From Eledone cirrhosa (Eukaryota): DNA of 64,000 nucleotides. Position numbers and translations under genes: made by a program. The stretch lies in assembly GCA_964016885.1 (NCBI GenBank), contig OZ024763.1, positions 28,396,001 through 28,460,000 of the forward strand, read 5' to 3'. Under the pieces are notes generated by a model, which was not told where the DNA came from, did not search any database, and saw only the letters and a program-made list of their open reading frames with translations. Shown one piece after another: positions 1 through 22,160 of this stretch (the first letter of the stretch is position 1; every line of letters starts with the position of its first letter).

Positions 1-820
1 AGCTCTTCCTGGAGTGACTCTTCGATCTCCGAAGTTACAAATGTGTCCAGAGATTCTTTCCTGAGTCATTCTAACCACATGTCTATAGTATCGGAGCTGT
101 TGTCTCCCAATTCCGAGAAGTAGCAGCTCTACCTGGAGTGACTCTTCGATCTCCGAAGTTACAAATGTGTCCAGAGATTCTTTCCTGAGTCATTCTAACC
201 ACATGTCTATAGTATCGGAGCTATTGTCTCCCAATTCCGAGAAGTAGCAGCGCTTCCTGGGGTGACTCTTCGATCTCCGAAGTTACAAATGTGTACAGCG
301 ATTCTTCCCAAATACATTATAACGTGAGCTGTGAACTCACAATTCGTAGAAGTAGTGGATCTGCATGGAGTGACTCCTACGATTCTTTGCTTAGTATCAG
401 AGCTGTGATCTCCCAATTCCGAAAAGTAGCAGCTCAACCTGGAGTGAATTTTTGATCTTCGAGCTACAAATCTGTCCAGTGATTCTTTCCCGAGACATTC
501 TAACCACATGCCCATAGTATCGGAGCTGTTGTCTCCCAATTCCGAGAAGTAGCAGCTCTTCCTGGAGTGACTCTTCGATCTCCGAAGTTACAAATGTGTC
601 CAGTGATTCTTTCCTGAGTCATTCTAACCACATGCCCATAGTATCGGAGCTGTTGTCTCCCAATTCCGAGAAGTAGCAGCTCTACCTGGAGTGAATTTTT
701 GATCTTCGAGCTACAAATCTGTCCAGTGATTCTTTCCTGAGTCATTCTAACCACATGTCCATAGTATCTGAGCTATGGTTTCTAAATTCCGAAAAGTAGC
801 GGCTCTACCTAGAATGACTC
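1..820 (-). repeat. ~124-bp tandem satellite derived from the C-terminal coding end of an RTE-type LINE
   Basis: Unit starts (agctct.cctggagtga) at 1, 125, 249, 431, 554, 678 and 801, mostly 123-124 bp apart. The minus strand reads RQQLRYYGHVVRMTQERIT, matching the RTE C-terminal RRLRWxGHVxRM motif. Confidence 0.75.
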
Positions 821-1139
821 TCTAATATTCCTTATCTAATTCAAATTAAAACACCTGTTCATATCACCTCCCATCACCCCCACTATAAAATCTCCCTCTA
901 CTACTTCCTACTGCTTCAAGCACCCTCCCTTAATGTAAAATCACTCAACCTGCCACTCAAGCTATCTTACTTTTCACTTTTTTAAAATTTCAGAGAAATA
1001 AAATAATAATTTTAGAAAAAAATTAATATACGAGGCTTTAAAAAAATGTTATTGCCTCAGATCGATAATTTCAATTTGACGTGATTGAAACAATATTTTC
1101 AATATATCTATTGATTTTCCATCTTGCTAGATGGGTTAT

Positions 1140-1458
1140 TCACGTGTGTATATATATGTATGTATATATGTGTGTATATATATGTGTGTATTTCTTTATT
1201 GTTCGTTGTGTGCACATATATGTGTCAGGGTAGGTTCACACTCACACACACACACGTATATATGTATGTATGTATATTCATATATATATACACGCACGGA
1301 TATATACACACAAATATAGCATATCTACATATACATATGTATATATATATATATATACATACATATATATCCATATATGCACATACACACGCACACAGAT
1401 ATATGTGTATATGTGTGCACACATATCATACATATATGTATATATGTATATATATATA

Positions 1459-1555
<97 letters not shown>

Positions 1556-1639
1556 TTATACATATATATATATATATATATATATATGTATAAATATATA
1601 TATATATATGTATAAATATATATATATATGTATAAATAT

Positions 1640-1685
<46 letters not shown>

Positions 1686-1884
1686 CATATATATATATAT
1701 ATTCATACATATATATATATATTTATACATACATATATATATATATATGTGTGTGTGTGTATGTATGTATAGATCTATATATCTGTATATACACAAGCAA
1801 GTACATGCATATCTATCTATCATTCTGTCTGTCTGTCTATCTCTCTCTCTCTCTATATATATATATGTGCAGGTATTTATGTAC

Positions 1885-1946
<62 letters not shown>

Positions 1947-1987
1947 GCAGAGAGATGAGGAAGAGAAAGTCACGTGGAGACTTGTAA

Positions 1988-2022
<35 letters not shown>

Positions 2023-2512
2023 GTGATATAAGATATACTAGGGCGTTCATCTGTCAACTGTAACCATTGTATGTTAGTTTATTCTTCTCACAACATACTA
2101 TTTCTCTGCAGTGCCTAGATGACATTGCTTGTTCCGTTTATATAAGTTATGATGTATTCAATGATAATCATTTAATGTGATCACTATCAACACCTCGTTG
2201 ATTCTAGTGACATACATGTATCTCTGCATTAGTTTGGTGTTTCTATCTTTGCTGAAGGTAGATTTACGATTGAGCAAATAATTTCTCCATGATCCTGTGT
2301 CCCTACCAACACACACATTCATATATGGGTGTGTATGTGTGTGTGCCTGATTGAGTAGTCATACTGAAATATGTGCGTGTGTGTGTGTGTTTGCGTATGT
2401 GTGTTTATATATATATATATATATATATATGAGTGTATATATATATACGTGTGTGTGTGTATATATATATATGTGTGTGACGTGTGTGTGTGTATATATA
2501 TATATGTGTGTG

Positions 2513-2559
<47 letters not shown>

Positions 2560-3165
2560 GGGTGTATATATATATATGCATATATAAAATTTTATGGTTT
2601 AACGAAATGTGTTTGTGTGTGCGTATATATATATGTATGTACCTGCATGAATATATTGATGCACACATATATATATATATATGTGTGTGTGTGTTTGTGT
2701 TTCTGTCTGTCTATGTGTGTGTATGTGTGTTTATATTTGTGTGTGCGCCAGTTTCTCAAGATTGTATTGTAAGTAGGAAATAAATGTCACTGACTTTAGA
2801 GACCAACAGATAAATATATTTGGTTTTAATGAGGTTGAACCCTTAATGATATGGTAATTACATTCCACACACACACACACACATATATATATATACATGT
2901 ATATATATGTATACATAAATATATATATAACTATATTTAGTATATATGTGCATGTATGCATAAATATATATTTAAAATATAGGGAAGGTTTTATGAATGT
3001 ATGTTTGTAAAATATTTAATATATAAATGTATGTTGTATTACCAATATATTCCCAATATATGTACATGTGTATATAACAACATATGTAAGTGTATATATA
3101 CAATTTCTTTTATAACACAAACGCACAGATTGAAAGGAACATATGTATAGATACATATATATATA

Positions 3166-3219
<54 letters not shown>

Positions 3220-3355
3220 TACAATATATATGTATATATATATATATATAAATATACAGTATATATGTATAAATATATACAATATATATGTATATGTTTA
3301 TATATATATATATATGTATACATGTACAATGTATATATATACATATATATATGTT

Positions 3356-3410
<55 letters not shown>

Positions 3411-3470
3411 ATATATATATATATATGTATCTATACATATGTTTCGTTCAATCTGTGCGTTTGTGTTATA
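1140..3470. repeat. compound (TA)n/(CA)n/(GA)n microsatellite field with short unique islands
   Basis: Directly visible dinucleotide runs. Confidence 0.95.
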
Positions 3471-3712
3471 AAAGAAATTGTCTTCTTAAAGAAACAAGGA
3501 AAACAAAGAAACCAATACAATAACAACCACAATTGAAAAAATAATGTTTATGGATTTTCTTGTGACATCGATTAATCAATGTATTGGAGAAAATCAATCA
3601 ATCATGATTCGTTTATCACCCTCCGCTCTCTCTCGCATACCTAATCACCAGTACCACCGCCACTATCACCACAACCACCATCAGCTCTACTACAATTGTT
3701 ACCATCACCCGA

Positions 3713-3930
3713 GGGGCGGTGGATTGGCAGTATCGTTTGAGGGTCGGACACCATGCTTTGCAGCATAGAGTTACGGCCCTTTTTTGATCTGAGTTCAAAT
3801 TCCGCCGAGGTTAACTTTTCCTTTCGGGGTCGATAAAATGAAGTACCAGTCATGCACTGAGGTCGATTTAATCGACTTTCCCCTCCCGCAAAATTGATGG
3901 CCTTGTACCTATATAAGAAACCATTATTAC
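3713..3930 (+). mobile_element. tRNA-derived SINE, octopod-type, near full length
   Basis: A-box-like GGCGGTGGATTGGCAG, B box GAGTTCAAATTCC, conserved central CCTTTCGGGGTCGATAAAATGAAGTACCAG, tail GGCCTTGT..AGAAACCATTATTA. Several other copies in the window. Confidence 0.85.
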
Positions 3931-4115
3931 CGTCACCAACATCGCCACCATCACAATCACCACTACCACAACCACCACCACTACCAACACCAACACCACC
4001 ACAACCACCACCCACGACCACCACCATCGCAATCACCACCATGAGTATTGTCTTCATCGCGACTATCACCCCCCCCCCCCCCCCACCACCACCACCACCA
4101 CCATCACCACCTTCA
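3930..4115. repeat. (CCA/CAC)n microsatellite
   Basis: Degenerate ACC triplet run with a poly-C stretch. Confidence 0.9.
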
Positions 4116-4159
4116 CCGGAGGATGGTGAAGGAGACAGGTTAGAAAAGCTACTCCAGCT

Positions 4160-4670
4160 TGATAGTAGGGAGATCGTCCTAGGGCCAATGACACCAGAAG
4201 TGTCCATTGATCGGGGTAGCCAACCCGTGTCGATGGTGGTGTGTAGGAAGGTAGTTCTAGAGCCAAGGACACCAGAATTCTCCACTGCTACTTGTAGCCT
4301 ACTCCATGCCGATGGTGGTTAGTAGGGAGGTGGTCCTAAGGCCAATGAACACCAGAAGTCTCGACAGCTACGGGTAGCCAACCCCGAGCTGATGGTGTTA
4401 GTAGGTCCTAGGGCCAAAGACACCAGAGGTCTCTACTGCTACAGGTAGCTAACTGTGCCGATAGTGTTGAGTATGGAGGTGGTCCTAGGGCCAAGGACAC
4501 CAGAAGTCTCCACTACTACAGGTAGCTAGCCCCGTGCCGATGGTGGTATGTTGGGAGATGGTCCTAGGGCCAAGGACACCAGAGGTTCCACTGCTACAGG
4601 TAGCCAACCCCGTGTCGATAGTGGTGAGTTACGAGGTGGTCCTAGGGCCAAGGACAGCAGAAATCTCCAA
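4160..4670. repeat. ~78-bp GC-rich minisatellite, about 7 units
   Basis: GTCCTAGGGCCAAGGACACCAGAAG recurs at about 4175, 4255, 4333, 4406, 4482, 4561 and 4639. Confidence 0.9.
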
Positions 4671-5084
4671 GGATAAATTTGTTTCAAATTTGAGGATACT
4701 TTCCAAAACAATACTTCCTCCAAAGTAGTCCCAGAGACCCAGAGAAAGGGTCATATGTACTGCACTTGTCATCCAGATTCAGAAGGAAAATAAATATAAG
4801 AAAAGTGGGTCCCAGCCCTCTCACTAGCTCCTTCACCACAATAACGCTCAATGTTGCCAAACACTAAGGCACTCAAGCACTGCAAAATGGACAGTACTGT
4901 TATTTATAAAGACTTTCGTTACGCTCTAGTAGCCAAACTGAAGGGATCAAGGTCCACTTGTCATTTAAAAGGGGCTGGATTGGATGACAAATGAGGCCCC
5001 CCCTTAAGTTCCACACACAAACGCGTTTCATCACATGCATACATATATTACTACTTGAGCTTTATTGAACTCGAGTGTTTGCGA

Positions 5085-5086
<2 letters not shown>

Positions 5087-5133
<47 letters not shown>

Positions 5134-5247
5134 TATATACACACACATATATATACACACACATATATATATACACACACATATATATACACACACATTT
5201 ATATATATATATATATATATCTATATCTATATATATATATATATACT

Positions 5248-5285
<38 letters not shown>

Positions 5286-5351
5286 CATACATATATATAT
5301 ACATATATATATATATACATATATATATACATACATATATATATATACATC

Positions 5352-5391
<40 letters not shown>

Positions 5392-5485
5392 CATATACAT
5401 ATGTATATACATACATATACATATGTATATATACATACATATACATATATACATACATATACATATATACATACATATACATATA

Positions 5486-5517
<32 letters not shown>

Positions 5518-5650
5518 CATCCATATACAAATAAATATATATATATACATACATATACATATATATATACATACATATGCACACATATATATATATATAT
5601 ATATACATATACACACATATTTATATATATATTTATGCATATACATGCAT

Positions 5651-5682
<32 letters not shown>

Positions 5683-5697
5683 GTATATATATATATA

Positions 5698-5761
<64 letters not shown>

Positions 5762-5806
5762 AATATATATACGTACATACACACATATACATATATATAC
5801 ATATAT

Positions 5807-5859
<53 letters not shown>

Positions 5860-5910
5860 TATACATATATATATATATATATACACACACATATCTATCT
5901 ATATATCTAT

Positions 5911-5947
<37 letters not shown>
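5087..5947. repeat. (TA)n microsatellite with CA interruptions
   Basis: Directly visible. Confidence 0.95.
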
Positions 5948-5948
<1 letters not shown>

Positions 5949-6095
5949 CAATGGAAATGTGGTAAGGAACCAGATGAACAATAACGCACCAGAGTACTCA
6001 ATACTTACGGTAGTAGAGTGGGAAATAGGAAAAAGTATGACCCCGACGGCAGAGCTGAAGCCGTTTCGACGGCTATTTGGGGACTAAATTAGATT

Positions 6096-6295
6096 NNNNN
6101 NNNNNNNNNNNNNNNNNNNNNNNNNNNNNNNNNNNNNNNNNNNNNNNNNNNNNNNNNNNNNNNNNNNNNNNNNNNNNNNNNNNNNNNNNNNNNNNNNNNN
6201 NNNNNNNNNNNNNNNNNNNNNNNNNNNNNNNNNNNNNNNNNNNNNNNNNNNNNNNNNNNNNNNNNNNNNNNNNNNNNNNNNNNNNNNNNNNNNNN
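6096..6295. other. assembly gap (200 N)
   Basis: Run of exactly 200 N, typical of a fixed-size scaffolding gap. Confidence 0.99.
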
Positions 6296-16590
<10,295 letters not shown>

Positions 16591-16754
16591 TTTCCCTACT
16601 ATTATAAACACACGTTCTTGTACGTGTATATATGTATATAAGGAAAAGTCAGGATCCCGACGGCTGAGCTCCAGCTGTTTCGACAGCTAGATCCGAACTA
16701 ATTTGTTTGCAATGTTTTTTTTATATGAAATCGTAAGTCGAAACAAATTATATT

Positions 16755-17367
16755 TGGGGAGGGTCATATTGTTATAATATTGCCAGAAATATATAATAAC
16801 ACAGTTTGGGTTGGGTAGGTTTTCGCTTCCGTATATTCTACATCCTTATAGTTAATTTAGCTGGCAGTCAATGTTTATCATTGACTGACCAACTGTTTAT
16901 ATATATATATATATATTTATTTATAGACTGAATTCTTTCATCACACACCTGTGACATCATCAGTGATATTATTGTTTCCTCCCGTTGTATTGTAATGTTT
17001 ATTTATTCAATTGTTTATTTATTTGTCTCGATTTCCGAATGTGTTTCTATGCGCGTTTTCTGCTTGGTATATGTTCGTGTTTGTATTCTATCTTTGGTCA
17101 CTAGTGTGTATTTGTATGGTTGTTGTTGTTCCATTCAGGTTTTCTGTTCTACTTCGGTTTTCTTGGTTCTATTTCAGTTGCTTCCCTAATTTGGGTTTTC
17201 TTAAAGGGTTAAGGTTTACTGATCAGGGATTTTATAGTAGATCCTGGCTTTTCTACCACTTTAATCTTTGTTATGGCCTTTGATTCGTTGTTGTACCATC
17301 ATTACAATACAACAGGAAGAAACAATAGTATCACTGATGTCACAGGTGTGTGACGAAAGAACTCTGG

Positions 17368-17410
<43 letters not shown>

Positions 17411-17550
17411 AAACTGTTGGTCAATCAATAAAACATTGATTGCTAGTTAAATTAACTATAGGGATAGATATAAAATATATGGAAGTGAAACCAACCCAAA
17501 CCAAAAAGTGTTGTATTATTATTTCTGGCAATATAATAATATCCCCACTC
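16755..17550 (-). mobile_element. Penelope-like retroelement remnant with inverted terminal (pLTR-like) arms
   Basis: Arms at ~16755-16995 and ~17299-17550 are inverted copies. The spacer minus strand reads KIKVVEKPGSTIKSLISKP*PFKK and QIREATEI, resembling the Penelope RT/GIY-YIG linker and endonuclease C-terminus. A CTGATGA..GAAA motif lies in the arm. Confidence 0.65.
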
Positions 17551-17684
17551 CTATATATATATATTTATATATTTATGTATGTATATGCATTTTCTATTTA
17601 TCATCTATTTATTTTTGAAATAACTTTTTATAGAAATGTGCTAAAGTGGGTTGACGTTGTACCTCACGAGTTAGACGACTTAGA

Positions 17685-17914
17685 TTTTCCATGCATTATG
17701 GCATGAAGCGAATGAGAGTACAAGAAACCACCCTGGACAGGGCGCCACTCCATCGCAGGGTTAAACCCCCATCTATTGCTTGTATTCATTTTCAGCTGAG
17801 TTTACTGGAGCAACGTGATATGAAGTGTTTTGCTCAAGAACACAGAACCCAGAAATCGAACCCACGATGTTATGATTGTAAGTCCAACACCCTTACCACT
17901 AGGCCACGTGCCTC
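17685..17914 (-). mobile_element. tRNA-derived CORE-like SINE
   Basis: Minus strand: GAGGCACGTGGCCTAGTGGTAAGG (A box), GGTTCGATTTC (B box), then CORE-like TGTTCTTGAGCAAAACACTT..CTCAGCTGAAAATG. Confidence 0.8.
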
Positions 17915-18321
17915 TACACACACACACACACACACACGCACACACACATATGTTACCCTTTTTACAACTGCACACATACTAATATCCCCTCCTGTTCAAA
18001 AGCTCCCACACTCTCTCCATGTTAGCCTCCACACTCTCTCCATGTTAGCTCCCATGTTTGCCCCCACCACCACACTCTCGCCATGTTTGCCCCCACCACC
18101 ACACTCTCGCCATGTTTGTCCCCCCATCACACTCTCGCCTTGTTTGACCCCCTCCACCATACTCTTCATGTCAGCCATATTACCTCCACATTGTTGATGT
18201 TAACCCTATATTCTCTAAATTAACCCCCGAAACAAATTACCCCACCCCCCTACTCTCACACACACACACACAAACATACACACACACTGTTCATATAACA
18301 AATATTGCTTTAAATTTGTAG

Positions 18322-18507
18322 TGACCCAGTCCTGCCCTGGCAACCTTACAGAAGAAGGGGACGTCATTGTACTGGCTGACCACACCAATACCCAGCCATT
18401 TGCCCTCTGTCAACATAAACGTAAATATTAACTCTGAGATTGGTCTGGCTGTCTACCATCTCCAGTTTAAACTGACCGGAGATGGTAAACAACACTGTAT
18501 ATCTATG
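18322..18507 (+). pseudogene. exon E1 of a CUB-like-domain gene; apparent internal +1 frameshift if the 18321 acceptor is used
   Basis: Bounded by tttgtag| and ATG|gtaagt. The first half reads TQSCPGNLTEEGDVIVLADHTNTQPFALC. The second half, in another frame, reads NINVNINSEIGLAVYHLQFKLTGDGKQHCISM and ends in phase 0, matching E2. Alternative AG acceptors ending at 18329 and 18351 would give an open frame. Confidence 0.55.
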
Positions 18508-18563
18508 GTAAGTATTGATGGTTTATATTAAGGCTGTGTATATGTATGTTTGTGTGTATTTAA

Positions 18564-18779
18564 CCCTTTGACATTCATATTACTCTATATCTACTATTGT
18601 ATTTTCACAGTAAAGACTTGATCTCACATAATTCACATCGAATCTGAGATTTTGATGATGATATTATTTACGTTGAAAACAATACCTTAACATCAGTATG
18701 TGTGGCTAGTTACGGTTGGTTTGAACAGAAAGAGGTGAGAGAATTCTGGCCAGATATGACCGGTTTAAATGCTGAAGGG
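18564..18779. mobile_element. piggyBac-type MITE
   Basis: TTAA flanks at 18560-63 and 18780-83, with CCCTT..CATT / AATGCTGAAGGG terminal inverted repeats. Confidence 0.8.
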
Positions 18780-18891
18780 TTAAACATGCGTATGTGTTCT
18801 CTCTCTCTGATGAGATGGGCTCCACCAGGTTTATAAATGCCCAAGGCACACTCTACATCTCTATGGCGCCCCGACTCCTCCAAGAGTTGGG

Positions 18892-18943
<52 letters not shown>

Positions 18944-19152
18944 AAGTAGAAGGGAGAGAGAACGTGAGATGGGAGACACACATACATGCATGTGTCTCTC
19001 CTATCTCAGGTTCTCTCTCTCTTCTACTTACACACACGCACACACACACACACAGTCTACAGTCAACACACACACAATCTACATTCTCCCTCCCTTCCTT
19101 CCCTCAGCCACAATAACCTTCCACCACCACCACAAAAATTCAGCCACAAATA

Positions 19153-19231
19153 CAGGGTGACCCCCCCAAATGCATACACATATTTATAAGAATATTGTTG
19201 AAGCGTGTATACATTTTGGGGGGACACCCTG
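19153..19231. mobile_element. Tc1/mariner-type MITE (~80 bp)
   Basis: TA|CAGGGTGACCCCCCCAAATG..ATACAC ... GTGTATACATTTTGGGGGGACACCCTG|TA. Confidence 0.8.
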
Positions 19232-19306
19232 TATATGTACATAAACTAAATAAATAAAACTCATAAATTAACCTTCTGACCCCTGGTGGTATTTCTTTCT
19301 TAGTAG

Positions 19307-19449
19307 GAGGAAACAACTGGTCACTACCAAATAGAAATTTATGTGCCAGAGGGAAGGAGTGATGCTATTGATCAAACACAAGCCAGGAGTATCATCTGCC
19401 CCTCTCCTGTACTGAAGGAGTCTACCAGTGTTGATGTTTATACCAACAG
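19307..19449 (+). CDS. exon E2 (143 nt, phase 0 to 2)
   Basis: Bounded by tttctttcttagtag| and AACAG|gtttgt. Stop-free EETTGHYQIEIYVPEGRSDAIDQTQARSIICPSPVLKESTSVDVYTN. Also open in the paralog at 60107. Confidence 0.7.
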
Positions 19450-19534
19450 GTTTGTTATATCTATATTATCTATACATATTAGTATATTGGTCAAGTAGTA
19501 TATTTGATTCTTATATATATATATCTTTTCATAC

Positions 19535-19965
19535 GTCTGAGTTTTCCTGCTTGCAAGGGTGGGACGGGTCCTATTCAGCACAGCATCTCTCCATTGTCAC
19601 TGTCCTTCGTCGTCATCTGTGAGTTTCAGCGATCTGAGGTCAGCTCTCACCACTCCCGCCCATGATTTTCGTGGTCTTCCTCTACTGCATCTTCCTTCTA
19701 CTGGGATTTCTTGGCACTTCTTTACCCAGCGGGTAAAGAAGTGTCCATACCATCGCAGTCTTCTCTCCTGCACACCACAACTTATCCTTCTTATACCCAG
19801 TTTCTTTTTCAACTCGTCTATACTTGGTCGTTCACACACATTGACATTGCACATCCAACTGATTCATTTCTCTCCAGCCGTCGCATATCCTCCGCAGTTA
19901 CTACCCATCTCACACAGGCATCATATAACTGGCTTTTCGTTCGTAGGGAGAAACCCTTTGTCAAC
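19535..19965 (-). mobile_element. 5'-truncated RTE-clade LINE fragment (ORF C-terminus and 3' tail)
   Basis: ERRLRWYGH...GRCSRGRPRKSWAGVVRADL. Has a 10-bp deletion relative to the paralog at 60.4-60.8 kb. Confidence 0.9.
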
Positions 19966-19971
19966 AGAATG

Positions 19972-20083
19972 ATATAGAAATGACTTCTACAGGACTAGAA
20001 CTTTCATTTCAAGGAAATCGGGGCTTTCCTGATGATTTCCTTCGAATGAAATATTTCTAGTCCTGTAGAAGCTATTTCTATAT
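19972..20083 (+). repeat. ~110-bp palindrome with a CTGATGA..GAAA hammerhead-like motif (probable Penelope end)
   Basis: Arms TATAGAAATGACTTCTACAGGACTAGAA / TTCTAGTCCTGTAGAAGCTATTTCTATA. Related copies at 43602, 50046 and 60784. Confidence 0.6.
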
Positions 20084-20199
20084 TATATTTTGTATATACT
20101 CTACTAATGTATTGAGTACTTTACCTACTGTGGTTTCCCCCTCGATTGAACCAGAGACTCTCACACACACAGATAATATATATATATATATATATATAA

Positions 20200-20370
20200 T
20201 CACAATTTAATGTCCATTTTTCTACGCTAGCATGGGTTAAACGAGTTGTCCTATTGTGGGCAATGCCAGGTCAGGTGACCATGTCTTGCTCATGCAGAAC
20301 TGATCTTGGCTTCGCTTTAACAGCTGGAAGCCTTTCAAAACGCTAACCTCATTTACAGTGAGTATTGTTT
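20200..20370 (-). mobile_element. degenerate RTE-related 3'-end or SINE fragment
   Basis: TTTAATGTCCATTTTTCTACGCTAGCATGGGTT resembles the RTE tail at 19535-19570. Confidence 0.5.
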
Positions 20371-20711
20371 ATTTTGTATGTCGTGACCCCTACACCTTGG
20401 TCAAAATCAGTGACTCCTACACCTTGGTCGGAGCAGTGATCTCTAGTTTTCTTTCAAACTATATTTTTTTCCTTAAATTTAATTAATGGAAATTTTATTA
20501 GATTTAGTTTGGGATAATTCTGTTTACATAAATAGCAAATCTTTTGATAATTTATGTAAAGTAAATATTGTATATACTTGTATATATGTCGATAAATGTG
20601 ACAAAATATTGATGGTAAAATAGGGAGGAGGACTTGTCTTCGAGGTCAATATTTTGATTTCACCAACTTAAAAATTATATGTAAATGAGGTGCTAAAATA
20701 TTTTCGCTTTG

Positions 20712-22160
20712 GAGATGAATATTACACCAGTTTCACTTTGGAGGTGAATATTACACCAGTTTCACTTTGGAGGTGAATATTACACAAGTTTCACTTTGGA
20801 ATATTACACAAGTTTCACTTTGGAATATTACACAAGTTTCACTTTGGAATATTACACCAGTTTCACTTTGGAATATTACACCAGTTTCACTTTGTAGGTG
20901 AATATATTACACCAGTTTCACTTTGCAGGTGAATATATTACACCAGTTTACACTTTGGGGGTGAATATTACACCAGTTTCACTTTGGAATATTGCACCAG
21001 TTTCACTTTGGAATATTACACCAGTTTCACTTTGGAATATTACACCAGTTTCACTTTGGAATATTACACTAGTTTCACTTTGGTGCTGGATATATTACAC
21101 CAGTTTCACTTTGGAATATTACACCAGTTTACACTTTGGAATATTACACCAGTTTACACTTTGGAGGTGAATATTGCACCAGATTACACTTTGGAGGTGA
21201 ATATTACACCAGTTTCACTTTGGAATATTACACCATTTTACACTTTGGAGGTGAATATTACACCAGTTTCACTTTGGAATATTACACCAGTTTACACATT
21301 GGAGGTGAATATTACACCAGTTTCACTTTAGAATATTACACCAGTTTCACTTTGGAATATTACACCAGTCTCACTTTGGTGCTGGATATATTACACCAGT
21401 TTCACTTTGGAATATTACACCAGTTTACACTTTGGAGGTGAATATTACACCAGTTTCACTTTGTAGTTGTATATTACACCAGTTTCACTTTGTAGTTGTA
21501 TATTACACCAGTTTCACTTTGGAGGTGAATATTACACCAGTTTCACTTTGGAATATTACACCAGTTTACACTTTGGAGGTGAATATTACACCAGTTTCAC
21601 TTTGGAATATTGCACCAGTTTCACTTTGGATGTGGATATATTACACCAGTTTCACTTTGCAGGTGAATATATTACACCAGTTTCACTTTGGAATATTACA
21701 CCAGTTTACACTTTGGAGGTGAATATTACATAAGTTTCACTTTGGAATATTACACCAGTTTACACTTTGGAGGTGAATATTACACCATTTTACACTTTGG
21801 AGGTGAATATTACACCAGTTTCACTTTGGAATATTACACCAGTTTCACTTTGGAATATTACACCAGTTTCACTTTGGAATATTACACCAGTTTAACTTTG
21901 GTGATGGATATATTACACCAGTTTCACTTTGGAAAATTACACCAGTTTACACTTTGGAGGTGAATATTACACCAGATTACACTTTGGAAGTGAATATTAC
22001 ACCAGTTTCACTTTGAATATTACACCATTTTACACTTTGGAGGTGAATATTACACCAGTTTCACTTTGGAATATTACACCAGTTTACACTTTGGAGGTGA
22101 ATATTACACCAGTTTCACTTTGGTGGTGGATATATTACACCAGTTTCACTTTGGAGGTGA
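20712..22160 (+). repeat. 24/29/30/31-bp variant minisatellite built on the E3 splice-acceptor junction
   Basis: Core ATATTACACCAG|TTTCACTTTGG. The last unit runs directly into exon E3. Confidence 0.95.

Noticed and set aside
3641-4322. Poly-Pro ORF on + and poly-Gly ORF on -
   Set aside because: They span a SINE tail, a (CCA)n microsatellite and a 78-bp repeat, with no splice or domain support.
4740-5010. YKDFRYALVAKL resembling a piggyBac transposase C-terminus
   Set aside because: Too short, interrupted by stops, and no matching termini.
20712-22160. CRISPR-like appearance of the repeat array
   Set aside because: No unique spacers, no cas genes, and a eukaryotic context.
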